Below are positions 27,001 through 40,076 of a DNA stretch of 64,000 nucleotides, piece after piece (positions within the stretch are counted from its first letter, which is position 1; the number at the start of each line of letters is the position of its first letter). The position numbers were made by a program, and so were the translations under genes. Origin of the DNA: Rhizodiscina lignyota (Eukaryota); the NCBI GenBank assembly GCA_010015805.1, contig ML978123.1, forward strand, positions 2,604,001-2,668,000. The letters run 5' to 3'. The notes beneath the pieces were generated by a model. That model had not been told where the DNA came from, did no database searches, and saw only the letters and a list, made by a program, of their open reading frames with translations.

Positions 27001-27807
27001 TTTCGCCATACTAGCGGTCGCGGATTCTTCATTACGCTCAAAAACCGCGAGAGATTCAATATCTCGCGATCAGGATAACGGCCATTGACCACGCCTGAGA
27101 GGTAGAAGAGTTTTGCGCCATGGTACAGCTCGCTCCAAAATCGATGCTTTAGCCGCTTCTTCTGTGCCCTCAGCGCATCCTGCTTCCTAAACAAATCCAA
27201 GTGCGTCAGTATGCCGAAGACATTGCCCGGCATTCCTGTAGCGGCAAGGACGTTCAGAAACTCCATTGTCTCCATCTCAAATCCATAATTGCCATCGATC
27301 ATCAACAGCACGATGTCCACAATCTTTGAGATGTCAATCATTGAGGCGAGCGAGTCTGAAGGGCATTCGATGAAAGTCAGTCGCCGCCGCTTGGAGGTGA
27401 CGACTGTGAGAGGGCCGCGCGGCGAGGAGAGTGTCTGCTTCGTGTAGCGGCGTAGGAGAGACTTGATCAAGGTCGTTTTACCAACGCCTGGAGGGCCGAC
27501 GACGGCGACCACGATGGGAGGCGCCTCCTCGGGGAGACGATCGACGAGAGGGACGTGGAGGCGCTTTTCTTTGACCTGCGGTTCATCAGTATCAAAAACG
27601 CCTAATTCAGGCAATTAACCAAGCATACATCGTGAGAACGAGCGGCCTGTCTGTTCAATCGTCCTGGATGTGCGTATGCGAAAGCCTTCGGATTAGGGCC
27701 TGGGATATGTTAGCCTGGTTTTTAAAGATATGGATGGATCACTGACCTCCAGAAGACTGCTTCTTCTCTTTGCCCCTCCTATGGGGCCTATTCATCTGTT
27801 CTGCCAT
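24084..27807 (-). CDS. BMS1: Ribosome biogenesis GTPase Bms1
   Basis: Start MAEQMNRPHR at 27807 with two short 5' introns. P-loop [47 protein letters not shown] and an acidic linker. Confidence 0.97.
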
Positions 27808-28204
27808 GCTGCTCGGAGATACGCCGCCAGATAAGGTGCTGAACTTTTCGAGTTCTTTTTTTGGTGGAGACCATCGAAATCGCGAAATCTTGGCACGGCC
27901 TTTCCTATTTTGTGTTAGCTGTTCGACAAGCCTAGATCTAATCTTATCGCATCTCCAACCCCCTGCATGAAAGTTCCGCTGATCTCTCATCTCACAAACA
28001 CCACTGCGGAATACTTAAAACCTGGAATTCTTTCGTAAACAGAGCAATATCTCAATATCCGGTACAGGCTCTGGTGAGAATGCGAAATAGATCTTGTCGA
28101 AGAGTTCTCAGCTGATGGCATTTTAGTATTACCATTCTTGGGTTCAATTGTCCCGACACGTCCAAACGCGTGAACCCAGCAACGTCGAAGGTGTTTCGTC
28201 GAAC

Positions 28205-30041
28205 ATGGATCGCATCTCTGCCTTGCCGAATGAGCTTCTGGCACAGATATTGACATATGTAAGGGCAGACGTACTGATGGGTCCTTTGCTCGCTAACATT
28301 GCGACCACCAGATCGTGTTTCCTTGCGACCTAAAGGCTCTTTGCTTAGCTAGCAGGCAGCTCAGAGAACATGCCACACCGTCCCTTTATGAGCAAGCGAT
28401 CGTAAACATTGGCTCTGAAAGCCACCCAGATTCCTTTATCCGCGGCTTGAAGAGTTCCTCCGGGCAATATGTGCGGCATCTAGTCATTATTGACAATGTT
28501 GATCACCCCTGCGTACCAACATACCCCTCCGAGCCTTTCGATGATCTGGAGTTTGGGCAAGTCGGCACCCGCCGCCGTCGTCCCGAGAAATTTGGCCCTG
28601 TAGTTCGAAATATCATCCAGTGTCTTCACGATAATACTCTTAAAAGTTTCCGGTAAGCTTCCTTATCCGTCGTTATCTGCAAAATTCACCCTCTGGAGTA
28701 AAAGGAGAACGTTGCATTGTCCAGGAGATAACATACTTTCGCAGGTTTGCTTCCGCCGAAGTTCTAGATAGTTGGACCGCTCAACTACTTCACAAGAACC
28801 AGACGAAACTCGAGTTTGTGTCGTACAAGTTGAATTCGCCTGTTAGCAATTACTTTGCGAACAACAGTACACCTGATCTCCGATCCTTCGAGCTGATTGT
28901 GGGAAAGCGCTGCAGCCTTGACCGAGAACTTCCCGTTTTCGGCAAACTTAAGCACTTCGCGCTTATAGACCGCTCAGATGCTGTCCAACGGGACATGTAT
29001 TTCAATCGGCTCTTTGCACTCGGATTGAACTTCAAAGAGCTCGTTAGCATTCGCCTTGTCGGCATGGGCCTGGGAATGTTAACTCCCACTCTTGGAGTCG
29101 ATTCCCTTCCCTCAATGCGGAGCATTGTTCTCAGACACTGCACAGGGGAATCCCACTTCCTTCATGATATATCCAACATGGCAGCGAATAGCAAGTTACA
29201 GCTAAAGAGTTTTGAGCTCACAATGAGCAGCAGTAGGGCTTTGACGTCCCGCCACACTCGTGACGCCGCCAGGCGATTTTTGGAGTCATTCACTGGTCTA
29301 GAGTCTTTACTGCTATTCTTGGATACCCGAATCGGGGATGCCATTGCACACCATCGAGATAGTCTTCGGAAATTGGTACTTTTTGATCAAGGCTCAGATG
29401 ACAGAGACGAGACATACGATGTGCTCAACAATCGCTGGGAAAGATGCTTGAATACTTGTCCTCATCTCGAGCAACTTGGAATTTCCTACCCATTAGACTT
29501 GCACAGATGGCGTGACGAGCTTGACAAAATTTTCACCGTAAGTTGATCATTGTCCAAGTCATTGCTCACTTCACTTCACATCTGAGGCCCTGATCAGCTT
29601 GTACAAGTTGATTAATGTGGCGTTAAAAGCATCAATGCTCGACTGAGGCTAACATCAGTGCAGGGCATCTTAGGAGTCGCGCCAGAGTTGAAGACATTGT
29701 GCTTGCACAACACATCTAACAACGGCTGCCAAAAACCTGCATCGACAGCGTTCCGTCTTTCCCAGGAATTGGCTCCCCATCTGAAAGTAATATCTTTCGC
29801 CCCCGTGAGCAGCGGTGGCATGGCCAGACAAAAGCATTTTGTCAAGCATATGCAGAGACTACCTTGGAGTTCGACAGAGCAGCCAGTCGCTTTTCACTGC
29901 CCCGCAGCAGCAGTCAAATATGTCGAGCCTACGTCTGATATCTTGGAGTACGAGCCGTGGGATGAAAGAACAGAATATCATGCGCGTCGCATATTCGGAT
30001 ATCGCTCCTTCACTCCGTCTTCCTATGGTTGTCAATTGTGA
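28205..30041 (+). CDS. F-box-like / LRR-like protein, paralogue A, spliced
   Basis: MDRISALPNELLAQILTY|..DLKALCLASRQLREHATPSLY is an F-box-like N-terminus, followed by LxxLxL-type repeats. Introns near 28259, 28652 and 29538. Confidence 0.75.
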
Positions 30042-30676
30042 GCGGTTTCAGAGGTCCTTCCGGTCACGACTTTGGAAACATCGGCTGGCTGACGTCAAGT
30101 TATCATACGCTGTCTTCTCGGATCAACCTCTTCATTTTCAAAAGAATTCATTCCACAATCTTCAGTTTTCGGACTATCATGTAAAGTTATTCGATGACCA
30201 GCCTTACCTGCTATGTTAGCAGGGGCAAACAAAGCACAGGCCTGAATTCTAGGTAGCCTGACTTGTATTAATTACTCCGTACATACCTGTTCCTGTTCGC
30301 GTTTTCCATGACCAAATGAAAGCCCCGGAGACCAGCCGCTGAGCCAACTAATAAGAACTTCAACCACCCAAGTTTAGGTGGGGCCCACCCCAGACAGGGC
30401 ACCCATGCCTCGATGTCGGGTCGGTAAGCCACAACGCGTGATGCGCCCCTTTGACGCGACTTCTAAGATTCCCTGCTTCACATCCATTTGCATGCCACGC
30501 TCTGTTTGTATTCGTATGGGGAGACGCTGTTGCACGTCGGCTTCCCCGCTATTGATTGTACTCATCACTCGTTGCACCTATTAAAACCCCCCAGTAGTCG
30601 GCAGCTCCATTGGGCTCTCTCGACTGACTCTCGGTGCAATTGTGACTTTCAAGTCTTTATCTTCGGGCCGTTCAAC

Positions 30677-32563
30677 ATCGACCATATTTCTCAATTACCA
30701 AACGAGATAACTGAGGAGATTTTGAGTTATGTAAGTTATGTGTCCCTGGGTTATGACAACTCTGACATTAAACGCGAACGGACCAGATCCAGCTCGATTC
30801 CGACTTGAAAAGCCTGTGCCTAACGAATCGACGACTACGAGCCTTTGCTACTCCTAAAATATATTCACAGGCCATCATCCACATCAACAGAGAGGAGTTG
30901 TTCACCTCGTTTATTCACGGCGTAGGCAGCATCTCTGGGCGCCATGTACGAAGTCTCGTCATTCTCGACGACCCCTGCGGCCACACCATGCCCAAGAGTA
31001 CATTAGATGACTTCATGGGGCTTGACGGGCCTGTATTCGGTGAGCATTTGCTAGTATGCGATGCGGGAGAGATGCAGTTTCGTGTCAAAATGATACTGCA
31101 AAGCCTACACCGAGATACCCTCAGAGCTTTTCGGTATGTTCGATTCCTTTACCCAAAACTCCATAAATGCATCGTTTCTTAATACTTCTATGCAGATTCG
31201 CTTCATGGAGAGCACTGAATAACCCCAATCTCTCCTTGCTAGAGAATACGCAAGGGCGCCTTGAATATTTCTCGACTCCGTTGATGTGGTGGTCCCCTCG
31301 GTCGTATACCTCGCGTCCTGATAGTTGTCTACACTCGCTCGAGACGGTCATCAATGAACATACCCTTCCACCACCACTCCTGCATGTGCTGGATAATCTC
31401 CGCCACTTCTCACTCGTTGTATCTAGAGCAGCTCTTTATTCACACGATACATTTGTCGACAGTGCCATGCCTTTGGGTGGACTATTAGGTCGTGGATCAT
31501 TAGACTCTCTTACAAGTATTCAACTCATAGGGGTAAACCTAGTGGCTTTAGTCCATCCGTTAGGGACCGATCTCCTACCGGCTCTGCGCTCTTTAGTCAT
31601 TCGCCGCTGTCGTCACGTCATCCCCCTGCTCAACGACCTCGTCAACCTCGGCGTACACAACAACCTTCATCTGCAGAAATTTGAGCTCTCAATGGATGAA
31701 CCCATCCCTCGTCAACATCAACAGCAAAACAATCTCTCCGATGTGCTGGAAGATTTCTTTGAGTCATTTACGGGTTTGGAGGAGTTGATGCTTTATCTTG
31801 ATGCTCTCTCCATTCTTGATTCTATTAAGATACATGGCAAGACACTTCGGAGGCTCGCCATATTTGGGCAAGAGCCTGCGAATCCATCTGATGAAACTCT
31901 GAACTCCGACCATCTGAGGGAATACTTGGAGCCATTTCTTCAATGCTGTCCTCTTCTAGAACAACTAGGAATACCCTTGATGCTGTATAGGCATGAGATG
32001 ATTGGGGAGTGGTGCTTGGAAAGCATTGTTCGAGTAAGTGTTATACTCTCACAACACCCTTTGATCTTTCTACATTATGTATCCTGCTTGATTTCGAACG
32101 GCCAGGGGAACACAAGACCAGAGAATTCAATCGTGCTGACATAGAATAGAGCTTGCTGAATCTGACACCACATTTGACGACGCTGTACTTCAACGACAAC
32201 ACAAGTGCGACTACTCAAGTCGTTGCCTGGTATCGGCGGTTTGCCTCTCTGACATTTCGCTGTGTGCAAGAATATGGACTGGCCCCCAAGCTTGGGGTTA
32301 TCTCCTTTCGTGCATCGAATATGACGTGGCATGAATCTTCATTTCCACAGCAAATTTTTGTTCCGCAGAAGCAGAAGCGACCGTGGACACCCAAGGAACG
32401 TCTTGTCGCCTTCCCTTGCCCGCGGGAAATGGCCAAATACATTGAGCCGGCGTCCGAAATTCTCGACTATGAGCCGTGGGAAAGTCTTTCCGAGAGATGT
32501 GTGCGCACTCCATTTAGGTACCGCTCGCTCTCGCTACCAAAGTTTGCTTCAGACTCGGAATAG
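30677..32563 (+). CDS. F-box-like / LRR-like protein, paralogue B; ATC at the expected start, so possibly a pseudogene or non-AUG start
   Basis: IDHISQLPNEITEEILSY|..DLKSLCLTNRRLRAFATPKIY. Same intron positions as paralogue A and a similar C-terminus (KYIEPASEILDYEPW vs KYVEPTSDILEYEPW). Confidence 0.65.
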
Positions 32564-33178
32564 ATACGAGGGGGGTTTCCATACAGGAAAAATATTCGAC
32601 TTTCCAGACGACGATGATTCCAGTTGAGGTCTTCGCCGTTCTGAAAGACACCTGCCACGGACAGTTCTCTCCAATGCCAGCATATTCACGTATCATGTTG
32701 AGTAGTATTGCAACCCTGCAAGCGCCATAATAATGTCACGACAGTCAAGAAATAAATGCGTAAAATGGCATGAAAGCAGCGAATACGGAACAGAATCCCA
32801 CTGCCTTCCTCGATAGCCAAGTTCTGCATCTCGGGTAGCGCGTTGCTCCACAACTGCCATAAGACACCAACCACCTTCGCAGCAAGCCTTCAACGCGCGG
32901 ATCAGCTATACTTCAAAATGCATCGCGTAGCCTTTTGCTTATGCTCTCATGTGGGTTACTTATTTTTTTTATCCTTGAGGATTTCGTGATATTGAGTCAC
33001 TACTTCCTTGAATTTAGAGCATGGAACATAATTTCAAGTCCTGAGATATAGGGACTTTCCATATCCATTGTATTTGTTCGACTAGTTGCAGTCTGCTACA
33101 CCATTTGTACTTATGAATGCGCTCTGTCTTCGATACTTTGTCAATTATGTTCAAATGAAGGCCAAGATCTCCACAGTC

Positions 33179-34959
33179 TTATTCCTTGTTGTCGTCCTGG
33201 GAGTGGACCTCATGATCCTCTTTATCTTGAGGATGAACCTCGCGTTCGTGATGCATGGCTTCCAAAACACCTTTCTCAGCATCTGTCATAGCGCTAGTTC
33301 TGATGCTGTTTTGGCGGTGGCCCTCTCTCGCCTCCACAATCTTCGCGTCGAGAAGACTGTTGCCTGGTTTAGTCTTCCAAGGCCTGACGGCATTGTCATT
33401 GAATAATAGCTCGATTTCTTCGATTGTCTTGCCCGCAGTTCTGTTGAAAGTCATTATCAGTATCCCAATCTAATGTAGATGTCTGGGTTACTTACTCTGG
33501 GTAGGATACGTAGGCTTGCGCAGAAGCCGCGAAGCAGAGCACGCCGAAGATGATGAAGAGCTTCCACGATATGTTTTGGAAGGCGGGCGGAATGAACAGG
33601 CCGATTGCGAAGTTGAACAACCAATTCGCAATGCTGGCAAGAGCCATTCCTATCTGAAGATCAGCACCGCTGCCTTCCAGAGTTTGGGAGACTTCTGGAG
33701 CGAGCTGGAGACTTACCTGTCGCTCGGGTCTCCAAGGACCAGACTTCCGCAGCGTAAACCCATGCGATTGGCGCCAGTGTCAGCGAGTAGGCCAGAACAA
33801 GCAAGTAGCTGAACGCGATGACCGTGTACGCTGGAGACCCTGAAACCTCAACTCTGACACTGAGATTGTTGTTCAAACCATTCGGAAGATACGTTCCATA
33901 ATTTCCGAGGACTCCACCAACGACGAACATGCAAATGCCCATCGCAAGTGCGCCGTAGATCAGGAGTGGCCTGCGACCGGTCTTGTCGATGAAGAAGAAT
34001 GTTGCGGCTGTTCCGACAATGAAGATTGCGTACTGGATACCAGAAGAGATCAAGCCGGTATTACCAGTCAGTCCTGCCATATCGAAGATGTACACAACGT
34101 AATAAGTCATGACATTTGCCCCGCTGAGCTGCTGCCACGCCTGTACTGATGTACCTGCAAAGGTTCTTCTCCACATGCCGTTCTTGAAGAAGCGGCGCCA
34201 GCCTCCCTGCGCGCCGCGCTCCGCCGTCAAAACTGTCATGATTTCTTCCCATTCAGCGACGACGAGCGGATCGTCGATGTTGCCATGAGCTTGGATGTCG
34301 GCAAGGACGTGGACTGCTTCTTCCGTGCGGCCGACTTTGGCGAGCCACCTTGGAGACCGGGGGAGGAAGGGAATGCCGCACATCAGGAAGAAGGCCGGAA
34401 CGAATTGAATGCCCCAAGCAGTGCGGAAAGAAGCTGGTCCAGAGATAAAACTGCATCCGTAGCCGACAAAGTACATAATAAAGATGCCCCATTCAATGGC
34501 CCATTGCTGGATGACGACAATAGATCCTCGTCTTTCTTTCTTGGTGATTTCGACCAGGTAGACCGGAACCTGCGACGAGGTGATGCCGACGCAGATGCCG
34601 TTAATAAAGCGCCCAGCAACAAGCATGCCAATGCAGTTACAGGCGACCTGCAATGCGGTCCCTAAGAGCCACCACAGGCAGGCGAAGAAGATCGCATCTC
34701 GTCGTCCAATCTTGTCCGAGACGGGGCCAGCCATAATAGCTCCGATGACAGATCCGCCAGCAAGAGCAGCGCCAATGCCACCCTGGGTGATGCCATGAGG
34801 GTTATTGAAGTAGGCAACATACTGATTTGTGCCAATGATTGCGCTCATAGACGAGATATCAAAACCAAACAGCGCACCGCCAAGGGTGGCAATGCAAGCA
34901 AGGAAGTAAACATTATGGAGTTTAGGAAAGTGAATCGGTGCTTTGTCGTCTTTCCACAT
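33179..34959 (-). CDS. MFS sugar porter (high-affinity glucose transporter Hgt1-like), spliced
   Basis: Motifs LFGFDISSMS, DKIGRR, PRSPRWL, WQQLSGANVMTYY, DKTGRRPLL and AWVYAAEVW, with a hydrophobic multi-TM pattern. Confidence 0.93.
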
Positions 34960-36063
34960 CTTGCAAACGGCTTCTGAGTCGAAACTGAACCGTATAACAC
35001 ATATGAATTGAGAGGCTATTAGAAATTCTCCTACGACAGCAGCATTTCGCTTAAGTAGATGGCTCTCACAACTGGCATTGCATCAATGGGTGTCATTGGA
35101 GCACGAATTATCTCCCGAGATGGACCCAACCGTTGCAAACATGCGCAAGCCTTACGTTTTTGCTGAATCGCAGTCCCATAATTCGTTCATGGCTCGCGAG
35201 TCGTAGGGCACTCGATAAGAATGTACAATGATGATCACTGGAGAATCCCAGTTATTCCCAGCTCCACGAGAGCGAAAAGCGGGACGCGATCGTCACTACC
35301 ACGGGTCGTTTACTACGGACATGTGAGCTTTGAAAAATGCTTGTTCGTGATAAGCTCTCGCATTCGCGGCTGCGGCAAGGTTGCTGGAACGGAAATTCCG
35401 ACCATTATTTCGATCGGACGTCATTTGGGCGAGGGTGTTGTAGAGAACGGAGTCGCCTCCTCATATCGGCCTTCGTCCTTCGCTTCGTTTGCCACCATGC
35501 GGAGCCTCTACCCAATAGTAAATTAAATTCGGATGTCCCGAGGGCGAGGCTGTCGCGGGAGAAAGTGTCGGTATATTGCAGAAGTTATGGCAAACTTGGA
35601 TCTCGATATAGAGCAAGTGTGTTGTCATTATAGTAGAAGAACCGCGAGATGCATAAGGTGATTTACAATGTCGAGAATCAACATTGAAAGCATACGCTGG
35701 TCAGACAGTGCATTCGATTGAGTTACCGTGGCTCTTTGTCAAAGATCAAAGATCGTTGTTGAATGGTAACGCTAGGTTTAACGAGCGGTTTTCGGTGCCC
35801 AAACCGCACAATTGCTACGCGTTTGAACTTGGGAGGAGTTATCTCAACCCCCCTGTCGCACTTAACAACTTGAACTTGTACGTACTAAGGCAAGCAGCTT
35901 TTCATTCATCTCGACACTCCTGCAAAGAGTATGCTGTACACAAAGTTACCGGTCTGCATACACCCACATTTAGTTTAGGTCGTGCTGATGCAGTTTGTTA
36001 CGAAAGACCAAAAGGTAGACATGAAGCGCATCGCCATAACACTCCGTATTGACACTGCCTTCA

Positions 36064-39000
36064 TCATAGACCTCTCAGAAGCTCCTCGAGCGTTATTGGC
36101 TTCCTAACAGCATTGCTATAGCCCTCATTAAATGAGCACCACACATCCGTAGCATTTCCATTCCCACTCTTTCCATCTTTACTGTCTGGACGCTCTTGTT
36201 GAGAATTTTCCGCACCACCGGCTGGCGCGGTAGATTTGATGATTCGCCCAAAGAAGTCTCTCTTCGCAGCTTTTGCTTTTGGTTCCACATCTGCACGGTT
36301 AGCTTCGTTGCCTCCCTTCTCTTCCTCCTGCACATTATCAGCCTCTAGCAGTCCACCTCTTTTCCCTCTCGCGTCGTTCTCCCTTTTCTTCATTTCTCTT
36401 CTCCATTCTGCGTCTAGCACCTGTCTGACCGCGTACCTCACGCCTTCGCCGGCTTTGTCTCTTCGTTCATGCGTTTCAAACACGCCAAGCGTATCCAATG
36501 GAGGTTCCATTCTAAATACCCAGCCACCATTCCCTTGATGAGGTCTTGAAATAGCGTCGTTCTCAATCCTGGCGCGCTCATACTGAACGCCTGTGGCAAT
36601 CATCCCTTCAACGGCGCGAGATACGAGCACTTTCTCCGAGGCCTTTCGGACAGATGCAGTGCTTGTGGGACCGGTGGATGCAGGGCCAGATGACAGCTTC
36701 GAGCCAGTGTTCACGATCACGGGCTTCACATCTGGCGATAAGATCCGTAGGACATACGGCAGCAGCTCCATCGCTATGGTTTCAGGTGCCCGATACATTC
36801 GAGTGAGTCGAAGCGATAGTCCGGATTGGAAAGTACTGATGTACGCAGCATTTGCTTTCTGGGCTTCTGACGCTTGGAAAGCCGCCGAAGGGCCTGAGAA
36901 AGGCTTTGATTCTCCTTTCTCTTGGTCTGCTGCATCGTCCTTTGCTGCAGACTGGTATTTCTTGTAACTATTGCGACCGTCGACATTGCTGGAATAGAGA
37001 TTATGTCTCGTGGACGACGAAGCAAATAGGTTGTGGAATGCAATAGTCGCTTCTGACAAGTAAGGCCCCAGTTCCCACTCTTGAGATGAATAAAGCTGGG
37101 ATGTGAGAGCATCATGGAAGTGGAGCCAGTCGTGACAGGCATTCGGTTTGGACAGAAGAGTGTCATCTTGGTATGGATGAGTGGGATAGGATGTGAATAA
37201 ATCTGTGCATGCATTAGATTTCTTTATTAACGGCGGAGCAACGTATAGTTACGAAGTGTTCCACTTACCAGATAAGATACGGTCCACGTCGCCGCACGTC
37301 GCTATCATTTCACGCAACCGCTCCATAGCACGCCGCTTTTGTGCTTCGGCAACGCCTACAGGCGCTGAATTGCCGTCATTCGCCGCGCGATGGTCAACCG
37401 GTATATGCGTTTTCGGGAATCCAGCTCCTTCCAAAAAGACTCGCTCTGCGACTTCCCTTGCACCGCCTCTTCCTAGACTGCGAGCAGCTCCACCACCATG
37501 AGCGAGGTCACTGAGTACGTTTTCTTCAAACCATCTCCTCGTCAACCTCGCGCTGGAGTCTTGCGATGAGCGTAGCTTTCGTGCGACCCACTCAGCAACT
37601 ACTATAACACTGCGAATATCGCCTTCTCCGGTGCCAGTGCCCGACTGGCCCTCCTTGTGGTTGCTCACTCCCCATGTTGACTCACACAGTCGGCGAACCC
37701 CATCACCATCACAGGGAACATGCTCTTTCTCCAATATTGCCTGCAGCCGCGCCGCAACAACGTTGATCGGTGGTTTGCGCATATGGACAACCTCTGCGAA
37801 AGAGCTTTGGCGCAGCGGGCGCAAAGACGGATGATAAACATCATTGCAGATGAGAATCAGCGGACGCAGCATCCGAAATTTATCACCCTTCCTCTTCTTG
37901 TTGGTCGAATTCGTCCCATCCTTGGTGGGAAACGCTTTCGAGTTCCTCTGATCAAGCATCACCAAATCGATGAGAGCCTTGATGAAACCACCTTCGCCTC
38001 CCCCTCCACTGTTGCCGCTCACAACGCCGTCGACTTCATCGACTACGACACACACCGGTTTGCCAGCCTTGCGCACTTTGCCATCGCTCGTCTTCGTATC
38101 GATGCCCTTGACGTTTTCGGTCCCGACCATGTCTCTGATTCTTCCTCTCACAACATCCTTGCTACGCTCATCGCTTGCATTGATTTCTTGGACCTCATAG
38201 CCGGCTTGACGAGCACACACATGTGCCAACGTGGTCTTTCCCAAGCCAGGAGGGCCAGTAAGCAGGAGGATTTTGCGGTGTGCTCGTTCTTCGCCGCCCT
38301 CTCGATTGTCTTTGGAAGCCTTCGTATGGAGACGAGCCGAACCTGGAAATACGATCGAGTCCCAGCATTTGAGCCAACGAAGAACAGACCGATGAGTCCT
38401 ATCATCACCAACGAGATCTGTGAATTTGCGAGCGCGATACTTTTCGGTCCACATCAGAGTTCTGGCATTACTGCCATTCAGTGGCTTTTCTGCGTGTTCC
38501 GTTGACGGCCGGATATCACAGTGCGCGTTCTTCTCAGCTCGTGCTTGGTGATCGGCTACTTCTGCCGCGGCGTCGTCCATGAGCTGATGAATATCTATTC
38601 CATAGAAGCTCTTGCGAGCTCTACCAGCAATCGAAGTCGAGCGCGACGCGATCAGCTGTTCATACGATACTTTTGCCGCCTTGCTTCGTTCGGCGATGTA
38701 CATGTTCCTGCCATTCGAGGTTTTTATATAGAGCGGTGCATTCGAGTGCAACAGGGGCTTTTGAGATGGTGCAGAGCCGGTCGTGTCTAGTATGGAGTCC
38801 ACTGCGACGTAGTCATCATCGTCCTGGACTGTCCTTTGCTCCTGAACAGTTTCCGTCGTAATTGGAAATTCATTTTTGGAGACATTTGCCAATCGTTGCT
38901 CTCCCGGCTCACGCGGTTTTTCAAAGATACGTCTTCTCGCAAAACTGCCATGTCCTTCCTCCTCCTCCTCTTCGTCTGAGTCGTTAGCAGCAAACGCACC

Positions 39001-39644
39001 AATCTTCGTTTGAGCCTGACTGTTGTCTACCTCTTGCAATTCACCAAGTTCACGCGGCTTCTTAAAGATACGTCTTCTCGCAATGCCACCATGCCCTTGC
39101 TCTTCTTCATCTGAATCCTCGGCAGCAAATGGACCAATCCTTGGTTGGACCTGATTATTGTTCACCTCCTGCAAAGGGCTCCTTGGGGCGTCATCCCGCT
39201 TTCGCTTCTTGGAAACATCTTGTACAGGCGAAGAGATGGTAGGATACGCAATTGGCGAGGAATTGAGAAATGGCATGTTGGACAGAGGTGGTGACGAAGT
39301 AGGGGCACTTATTGGCAGCAAAGTATGCTCGATTCTCTCCAATCGTTGAACGTGTGCAGTTGAAGGTGAAGCTTCGCGAAGTCAGTTTGGTCCGTAAAAT
39401 TAATCAAGTTCAGACAAATACCAGTCGTATAATCGTCCTCACTCCTGAAAGCTTCGTTGATTTTCCAGATTCTATGCTGTATAACAATGCCCTTCTCGTT
39501 GTTCGCGGCTCTTGTTTCCTGGACCTGAACGTTCAAGGCCTCGATATCGTCCGACGCGCCTCCAAATGCCTCGTCTGCTTCTGAATGTAAATGGATTGCG
39601 GGATCAAAAGACGACAGAATGTCCGAGGGCAGTGAGCATGGCAT
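36064..39644 (-). CDS. CTF18: Chromosome transmission fidelity protein 18 (Ctf18, alternative RFC clamp-loader subunit), spliced
   Basis: Motifs WTEKYRARKFTDLVGD, Walker A GPPGLGKTT, EINASDERS, VDEVDG and RPLILICNDVY, plus the C-terminal FNEGYSNAVRKPIT. Start at 39644 is inferred. Confidence 0.95.
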
Positions 39645-40076
39645 CACCGCATATTGATTCTCAATGTAGTCATTTCTCGGGTTCAATAATGGTGATATGG
39701 GGATTGAAAGTTGGTTGATGTGTACCACTTAAGACGCGTCCGGGACCGCGAGGCGCGTTCTTGCCCTAAGACGTTTTAAGCTAGCGCGGTCTGTGCGGTG
39801 GCTTCATAAATGGCGGGGCTGCCGTCCAATGTCGTTGCCAGCTCCAGCCACCCGTAGCTCCTGAGTGAGCCACTGAGCTCCTGGAGCCCCAATCCTGATC
39901 GCATCCCAGCACTTGCCTTTCCCATCTTTCGTCGCAATGTGGCCGATGCCCTCTTCCTGCAATCGCATATGTACCGCCCATTTCGCATGGGCTATTCGCA
40001 GGACAAGATAGCTGGCCCCGTTGTATACGTGCGGGATTTCGCTTTCGAAGCTCCTCCATATCGACGAAACGTGGGC

